Of a DNA stretch of 64,000 nt, positions 58,669 to 64,000 are shown one piece after another. The stretch is from a virus. Lineage: Duplodnaviria; Caudoviricetes. Every line of letters starts with the position of its first letter. Positions within the stretch are counted from its first letter, which is position 1. Made by a program: the position numbers and the translations under genes. The stretch spans positions 77,979 to 141,978 of IMG/VR virus record IMGVR_UViG_3300000203_000003; one strand, 5' to 3'. The notes under the pieces were generated by a model, which saw only the letters and a program-made list of their open reading frames with translations, was not told where the DNA came from and did not search any database.

Positions 58669-60213
58669 ATGACTCAAGTAAACTTAACCGCAACACAAAA
58701 TCCAGAATGGGCCTTATTTTTGCCGGCCTTATCTTCATTTTTTATATCTGGATTAGGCAAACAGCGTGAGGGCAATAACTATTTCGAGAAAGCAAGACTT
58801 CCCATTGGTATACCGGATACGGAAGTTCTAAACTTTCTCAATAGTAAACAGGCATTATTCCCATATAAATGGGCATTGTATAGTGCAGGCCATGCTGATT
58901 TAACTTCATACAAAACAAATCCTTCCGAGAGTATTGTCGTTAAGCGAGAGCCGGGTTCTTTTATTCTTGCTGACTCCGGCGGGTTTCAAATCCTTAAGGG
59001 GCAATGGCCGGCTGATTGGAAGGATCCTAACTGTCCTAAGGCCATGCAGAAACGACGGGAAGTATTAGCCTGGATGGAAGATATTGCGGATTACGGCATG
59101 TGTCTTGATATTCCGTCTCAATCGCTTCGCACATACGGGATGAAGGATAAGAACGGTAACTCGCTACATGGCATCAAGACTATTCAAGACGCTATCACTG
59201 CCACGCACATCAACAATGAATACTTTATCGCAAACAGAACGGGTAAGTGTAAGTTTCTGAATGTGATGCAGGGACTGAACCACACTCAAAGCGAGTCATG
59301 GTATCAGGAGATGAAGAAGTATTGTGACCCAAAGGTCTATCCCGATAATCACTTCAACGGTTGGGCTATGGGAGGTCAGACTAAGATTGACATTCATCTG
59401 TTCCTTATCCGGCTGATTAACTTTATCCACGATGGATTGTTAGAACAAGGTAAGCATGACTGGATTCACTGCCTGGGCACATCCATAGTAGAATACGCTG
59501 TGTTATTCAGTGATGTTCAACGTGCTGTCCGAAAGTATCACAACCCTGATCTGACTATCAGCTTCGACTGTGCCAGCCCGTTCTTCGGTGCTGCTAAGGG
59601 TCTGGCTTACAACAATAACTCTTTCAAGCACGACAAGAAATGGACCTACTCCATGGAAAAGACCGCGGAGAAGAAGGCTTACTCAACAGATACACGGAAG
59701 TTTCGTGATGCTGTTTTGGCTGAAGGTATCCATAAAGCCTTTACAGACAGTCCAATAACTGATAAAATGTTACTTAAGGATCTTTGCTATCGTGGCAAAG
59801 GCTTTCTAGGACAACACGGTAAAGAAACAAAAACATCTTGGGACACTCTCAGCTATACGCTGATTCAGGGTCACAATGTTTATCAGCATATGGTCGCAGT
59901 TCAAGAAGCAAATCGTCAATATGATTCAGGTGTCATCCCAAGTATGTTGATGAACAACACCTTCGAACACGTTGAAATTGGGAAGATCATCGATGAAGTC
60001 TTTGCCCAGAAAGATCGTCAAAAATCTCTTGATCTAGTTGAGAAGTATTCCAGGTATTGGATGCAGTTCAAAGCTGGTCAAGGATTCAGCGGTAAAAAGA
60101 CAGTAAACTCACTGACACAATTCAACGCTCTGTTCACCGAAGAAGCTGAACCAGAAATTGACGAAGTTATTGAAGATGCTGATGATGCCATCACAGAGGC
60201 TTTAGGAGAATAA
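58669..60213 (+). CDS. dpdA: TGT-fold transglycosylase, probably DpdA-like 7-deazaguanine DNA-insertion enzyme
   Basis: ADSGGFQ, CLDIP, NVMQG, WAMGG, IHCLG, SFDCASP; QueD-like gene nearby. Confidence 0.7.
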   Translation: MTQVNLTATQNPEWALFLPALSSFFISGLGKQREGNNYFEKARLPIGIPDTEVLNFLNSKQALFPYKWALYSAGHADLTSYKTNPSESIVVKREPGSFILADSGGFQILKGQWPADWKDPNCPKAMQKRREVLAWMEDIADYGMCLDIPSQSLRTYGMKDKNGNSLHGIKTIQDAITATHINNEYFIANRTGKCKFLNVMQGLNHTQSESWYQEMKKYCDPKVYPDNHFNGWAMGGQTKIDIHLFLIRLINFIHDGLLEQGKHDWIHCLGTSIVEYAVLFSDVQRAVRKYHNPDLTISFDCASPFFGAAKGLAYNNNSFKHDKKWTYSMEKTAEKKAYSTDTRKFRDAVLAEGIHKAFTDSPITDKMLLKDLCYRGKGFLGQHGKETKTSWDTLSYTLIQGHNVYQHMVAVQEANRQYDSGVIPSMLMNNTFEHVEIGKIIDEVFAQKDRQKSLDLVEKYSRYWMQFKAGQGFSGKKTVNSLTQFNALFTEEAEPEIDEVIEDADDAITEALGE

Positions 60214-60214
60214 C

Positions 60215-60415
60215 ATGGGCGATGTAGTGGAAATTGACAATCAAGAGGACCTGATAACAATGACTACAGGAGCATCCGGTGAGATGCTTCGCGTGACAAA
60301 AACTGGGTTTTATGTTCGCGGCGTCCGAGTAGAACAAGATGCGAGGGAAGCAGAGAATGTTTATAATGCTTTCCATCAATGGCTCACATGGGCTGCACTA
60401 ACAAGGAATTACTAA
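60215..60415 (+). CDS. Hypothetical protein
   Basis: SD AGGAG; coupled. Confidence 0.5.
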   Translation: MGDVVEIDNQEDLITMTTGASGEMLRVTKTGFYVRGVRVEQDAREAENVYNAFHQWLTWAALTRNY

Positions 60416-60852
60416 TGGATCAGCGAACTCAAGCACTTGTAGACAAAATAAACAAGGTAAGTGACACCGCAACGCGCACTATCTTTGTGACATTTCAGAA
60501 AGAGGGGATTCATTTCTACCCGTTAGCAGCGGTTCACCCCGACCTTGCTGATGTAAGTTTTCTTGGCTCCCCACATCGACATATTTTTCATTTTCGTGTG
60601 GACATTCAGGTTGAACACTCCAACAGGGACATAGAATTCATCCAATTTAAACGTTGGTGCGAATCGCTCTACAGCGAAAAAGCACTTGAACTGGATTACA
60701 AAAGCTGTGAAATGATTAGCGATGATCTATATAAACAAATCGCTATTCGTTACCCAGACCGTGATGTTCAAATCGAAGTCTCCGAAGACGGCGAGAACGG
60801 CAGCACGATTTTTTATAACAGGTTTCGGCCTATTCAACAACTCGCTATTTAA
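60415..60852 (+). CDS. QueD-like (6-pyruvoyl-tetrahydropterin synthase fold) protein
   Basis: EGIH.YP, PHRHIFHF, RDIEFI, SCEMI, VSEDGENG. Confidence 0.7.
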   Translation: MDQRTQALVDKINKVSDTATRTIFVTFQKEGIHFYPLAAVHPDLADVSFLGSPHRHIFHFRVDIQVEHSNRDIEFIQFKRWCESLYSEKALELDYKSCEMISDDLYKQIAIRYPDRDVQIEVSEDGENGSTIFYNRFRPIQQLAI

Positions 60853-60863
60853 AGGAAAACAAA

Positions 60864-61070
60864 ATGGCAAAGATCGCTTATCAATCTAACCCGCGTGTCG
60901 CTCAAATCTTTGAGGACTTGGAAAACTATCTGGAGTTCTGTAAGGACTTCGGGTATCGGTATGATGAGGCAACCCTATATGATATGCGCGATTATGCGTA
61001 TCGTCAGTTTCAGAAGGCGGTGACTGGCAAGTTCCCGCGCGACTGCTGGGTAGAAAATGCTCGTCCATAA
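60864..61070 (+). CDS. Hypothetical protein
   Basis: SD AAGGA. Confidence 0.55.
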   Translation: MAKIAYQSNPRVAQIFEDLENYLEFCKDFGYRYDEATLYDMRDYAYRQFQKAVTGKFPRDCWVENARP

Positions 61071-61818
61071 AGACTGCATAGTAGTTGTGTCTGGGGGGTT
61101 CGATCCTGTTCACTCTGGACATATTCTGTTGCTTAACTCTGCAAAGACTTACGGCAACTATCTTATCGTCGGAGTCAACAGCGATGAATGGCTGGTGCGT
61201 AAGAAGGGCAGAGCATTTTTGCCTTGGTCCGAGCGTTCTGCTATTGTCAACAACATGAAAGCTGTTGATGAAGTAATGGCATTCGATGATAGTGATGGGT
61301 CGGCGTGTGACTTGCTTGAAAAAGTCAAAGCATTTTATCCCGGCTTTCCGATCATATTCGCAAACGGCGGAGACCGGACAGCGGTGAACATTCCCGAAAT
61401 GCGAATTAAGGATATCATCTTCAAGTTTGGCATCGGCGGTGAGAACAAAATAAATAGTTCGTCCTGGATTCTTGAAGAATGGAAAAGCCCTAAAACATTC
61501 CGCCAATGGGGTTACTATCGTGTGCTACATGAAGCACCGGGATACAAAGTAAAAGAGTTAGTCATTGAACCTGGTAAGATGTTGTCGATGCAACGTCACT
61601 TTAAGCGTGAAGAACATTGGTACATCCTTAAAGGTGAATGTGACATTGGTACAACATATTTAGATATGTTCCAGCGTATTAATATTCGTGAAAACGAAAC
61701 TTACAACATCGGCAAAGAAGTATGGCATCAGGGTCAGAATAACACTGACACTAATGTTCATATCCTTGAAGTTCAATACGGCACCGAATGTATAGAAGAG
61801 GACATAGAAAGAAAATGA
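61057..61818 (+). CDS. Cytidylyltransferase-like (HIGH) + cupin (mannose-6-phosphate isomerase type) fusion
   Basis: SGGFDPVHSGH, GVNSD, ANGGDR, NSSS; R.WG.Y.VL, LSMQRH.KR.EHW, ILEVQYG...EEDIER. Confidence 0.85.
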   Translation: MLVHKDCIVVVSGGFDPVHSGHILLLNSAKTYGNYLIVGVNSDEWLVRKKGRAFLPWSERSAIVNNMKAVDEVMAFDDSDGSACDLLEKVKAFYPGFPIIFANGGDRTAVNIPEMRIKDIIFKFGIGGENKINSSSWILEEWKSPKTFRQWGYYRVLHEAPGYKVKELVIEPGKMLSMQRHFKREEHWYILKGECDIGTTYLDMFQRINIRENETYNIGKEVWHQGQNNTDTNVHILEVQYGTECIEEDIERK

Positions 61819-61853
61819 GAAAACTATTCTACATGGGGCTGGGGCCTACTTAG
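61815..61853 (+). pseudogene. Orphaned original 5' end of the downstream glycosyltransferase
   Basis: MRKLFYMGLGPT* versus MRKLIYMGLEKY at 62678. Confidence 0.75.
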
Positions 61854-61907
61854 TATTAGAACTATATAAAAAACAATACCGGTGATAAATACTATATAGG
61901 AGCATAT

Positions 61908-62690
61908 ATGAGTAAACAATCACCGGATCATGTTGAAAAACGAATTAGTAAAATCCGAGGTGTTAAAAAAGGTCCTTCGCCATTTAGAAAAACAACTGAA
62001 CAGATAATCACAGAAATACAATCTTATCATGGTGATAGGTATTTGTTGGATCGGGTTCAATATGTCAACTGTTCTACTAAAATTGAAGTTGGCTGCCGTG
62101 AGCATGGATATTTCTTTAAATGGCCAAATGACATGAAGGGTGGAGGATGTCCCAAATGCGGCGGAAGTCTCAAAAAGACTCCCGACGAATTTTTAGAACA
62201 AATGCACCAGTTGTTTCCTGAATATGAATTTAAAACTCCATATAAAAACGCTCATACGAAAATAGAAGTAGTATGCCCGGATCATGGACCATTTATGATT
62301 AAACCTAACACTTTACTATCAGGAACAGGATGCGGGACATGTGGATACGAGAAGGCCTGGCTAACTAAAATAGCGAATGGACAATGTCGTGATCCCAGTG
62401 AGATAGGTGAGCATGAGTTATACCGAAAAGCAGTGTGGCGAGAAACAAACCAAAGCTTTAATAAATATTTCGCCGGTCAACAACGAAACAAGGACATTCA
62501 TTTGGACCATATTGTATCCATAACTGACGGCTGGGCGAATAAGATACCCGCAGAGATTATAGGATCGGTGATAAATCTGCGACTTATTAATGGAATTGAC
62601 AATAGAAGGAAGTCCAATAAGAGTGACATGACAGTAGAAATGCTGTATAATAAGTTTAAAGAATTTAAGGAACAACTATGCGAAAATTGA
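61908..62690 (+). CDS. Free-standing Zn-ribbon/HNH-like endonuclease
   Basis: Two C..HG.F...P......GC..C repeats; HLDHIVSI..NLRLI...N..K; late promoter and SD. Confidence 0.8.
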   Translation: MSKQSPDHVEKRISKIRGVKKGPSPFRKTTEQIITEIQSYHGDRYLLDRVQYVNCSTKIEVGCREHGYFFKWPNDMKGGGCPKCGGSLKKTPDEFLEQMHQLFPEYEFKTPYKNAHTKIEVVCPDHGPFMIKPNTLLSGTGCGTCGYEKAWLTKIANGQCRDPSEIGEHELYRKAVWRETNQSFNKYFAGQQRNKDIHLDHIVSITDGWANKIPAEIIGSVINLRLINGIDNRRKSNKSDMTVEMLYNKFKEFKEQLCEN

Positions 62691-63850
62691 TATATATGGG
62701 ACTCGAAAAATATAAGAGTAGATACACCTTTCAACTCCAAGACTGGAATGAAGCAGTATTCAAGAGTCGTAACATTGATTATATTCTGGTGCCGGGGGAG
62801 ACTCTCAGTAACGATCAAGCTATTGTAACGGGACAAGTTCTGGACGCGCATGGTCGTAGTTATTTCGGCATGAGTCAGTTGATGAATCTGGTCAAACTGA
62901 TGAAAGCAGGAGAGGTGACAAGCGATGATGTGGTCTACTTTGAGGATATGTTTCAACCGGGCATGGAGTCTTTACCCTATATACTTCAACAGGTCGACCA
63001 ATCAAAGCGCCCTCGGATTTATGTTCGCTGTCTTGCTCAGTCCATTGATCCTGATGATTTTGTTCATGTATGGGGTATGTCTAAGTGGATGGGTCATTAT
63101 GAAAAGATGTTGGACTCGTTTGTAGATGGCGTACTTGCGACCAACGAAGAAATGGTCGCCCATATGAAGATTGCGGGATGGGAAGCGCCTATCTACAATA
63201 TCAGTGGTCTGGCATTCGGCAAGGCAGAAGTGCTTAGTCGAGTGAAAGAAGTTATCCCGTTTGATGAACGTCTACCTCGCGTAGCTTTCTCAGCACGATG
63301 GGATCAGGAGAAGCAACCTGACTTCTACATGGACATGATCGAAGCATGGCATCAGGAGTTGCCCAACTCAAAAGTTGAGTTCTGTGTGTTCAGCGGTGGC
63401 AAGTTGAAGTCTAACAATGAATCTTACATGGCACGAACCCGCGACATGCAGGCGCGTGGTATGCTGACTGTATACGAAGACTTGGAAAAGAATCAATACT
63501 ATGATCTGCTGAACAATACCCGCGTAGTATTCAACTGTGCGCTTCAAGATTGGGTCAGCAACACCGTAAGTGAAGGTGATACTCTTGGCTGCAACGTTCT
63601 GTATCCTGCGTATCGTTCGTTCCCAGAAACATTCGCCAATGACTTTGAACGACTATATGTTCCCTGGAGCATCCCTGATGCGATGAACAAGCTGTATGGT
63701 CTGCTGTCATACCCGCATGAGAACATGGGCAAGATCAGCGATTACAATGACAAAACCATTGATCGTATCTGTGATATTTTTGAAGGCGACAACTCAGGCC
63801 TGCGAATGACTAAAGATTATCGGAAGTATACCCGTGAATCAAAGTATTGA
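62678..63850 (+). CDS. GT-B fold glycosyltransferase
   Basis: FSARWDQEKQP, Y..LL...V.FN.A.QD....T..E....GC..L.P....FPE. Confidence 0.7.
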   Translation: MRKLIYMGLEKYKSRYTFQLQDWNEAVFKSRNIDYILVPGETLSNDQAIVTGQVLDAHGRSYFGMSQLMNLVKLMKAGEVTSDDVVYFEDMFQPGMESLPYILQQVDQSKRPRIYVRCLAQSIDPDDFVHVWGMSKWMGHYEKMLDSFVDGVLATNEEMVAHMKIAGWEAPIYNISGLAFGKAEVLSRVKEVIPFDERLPRVAFSARWDQEKQPDFYMDMIEAWHQELPNSKVEFCVFSGGKLKSNNESYMARTRDMQARGMLTVYEDLEKNQYYDLLNNTRVVFNCALQDWVSNTVSEGDTLGCNVLYPAYRSFPETFANDFERLYVPWSIPDAMNKLYGLLSYPHENMGKISDYNDKTIDRICDIFEGDNSGLRMTKDYRKYTRESKY

Positions 63851-64000
63851 ACCAATCATTCTCGTTAATGTAACAAGTGACTCTGGTCTTGTTCTGGCCA
63901 GAGCATTTCATTCAGCGGGTCGACCAGTTATCGGTGTTATCTCTTCGGTTGATAAAGACTTTGACAAGGACATATCCTGTCTGACAGAGTTATTAGTCGG
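63834..64000 (+). CDS. Partial ORF with degenerate Rossmann-like start (possibly epimerase-related)
   Basis: From GTG 63834: ..IILVNVTSDSGLVLARAFHSAGRPVIGV..; open to the window end. Confidence 0.35.
   Translation, partial: MNQSIEPIILVNVTSDSGLVLARAFHSAGRPVIGVISSVDKDFDKDISCLTELLV

Noticed and set aside
6060-60415. Track start codons at 6060, 6514, 27610, 32096, 32557, 40608, 42241, 52582 and 60379
   Set aside because: They overlap upstream genes or promoters; downstream ATGs with an SD, coupling or promoter fit better.
1-64000. Stop-codon reassignment
   Set aside because: Long conserved genes translate intact in the standard code, and TAA, TGA and TAG all end genes; the polB break is explained by an insertion.

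Overview
A 64-kb segment of a large T4-like (myovirus) phage genome, mostly + strand. From left to right it holds: (1) a morphogenesis module with tail sheath, tube, gp4-like head completion protein, a K/E-rich putative head protein, a 3565-aa repetitive fibre, GH19 lysozyme and baseplate-like proteins; (2) a chaperone/replication-accessory block with a DnaE fragment, GroES, clamp loader, PhoH, holin, DnaJ and ClpA; (3) a ~14-kb cluster of modular enzyme polyproteins (HIGH-NTase, HD hydrolase, ART-like, polB-beta NTase, ParB/Srx, GNAT, kinase, amidoligase, zincin) with shared N-terminal MRAxEFxxE tags and [VLI]-x-E linkers resembling prohead-protease sites, some of them exact DNA repeats; (4) a family-B DNA polymerase split by an antisense endonuclease gene, then a sliding clamp; (5) a 7-deazaguanine (DpdA/QueD-like) and sugar-modification locus. 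Ten free-standing homing-endonuclease-like genes (one truncated by the window edge) and one relic are scattered through the window. Five of them, from different nuclease families, share a ~80-nt covarying structured leader bounded by inverted late-promoter motifs. The two best candidates for undescribed systems are this portable leader and the cleavable, cassette-shuffled virion effector polyproteins. All calls come from motif recognition by eye; no database searches were run.
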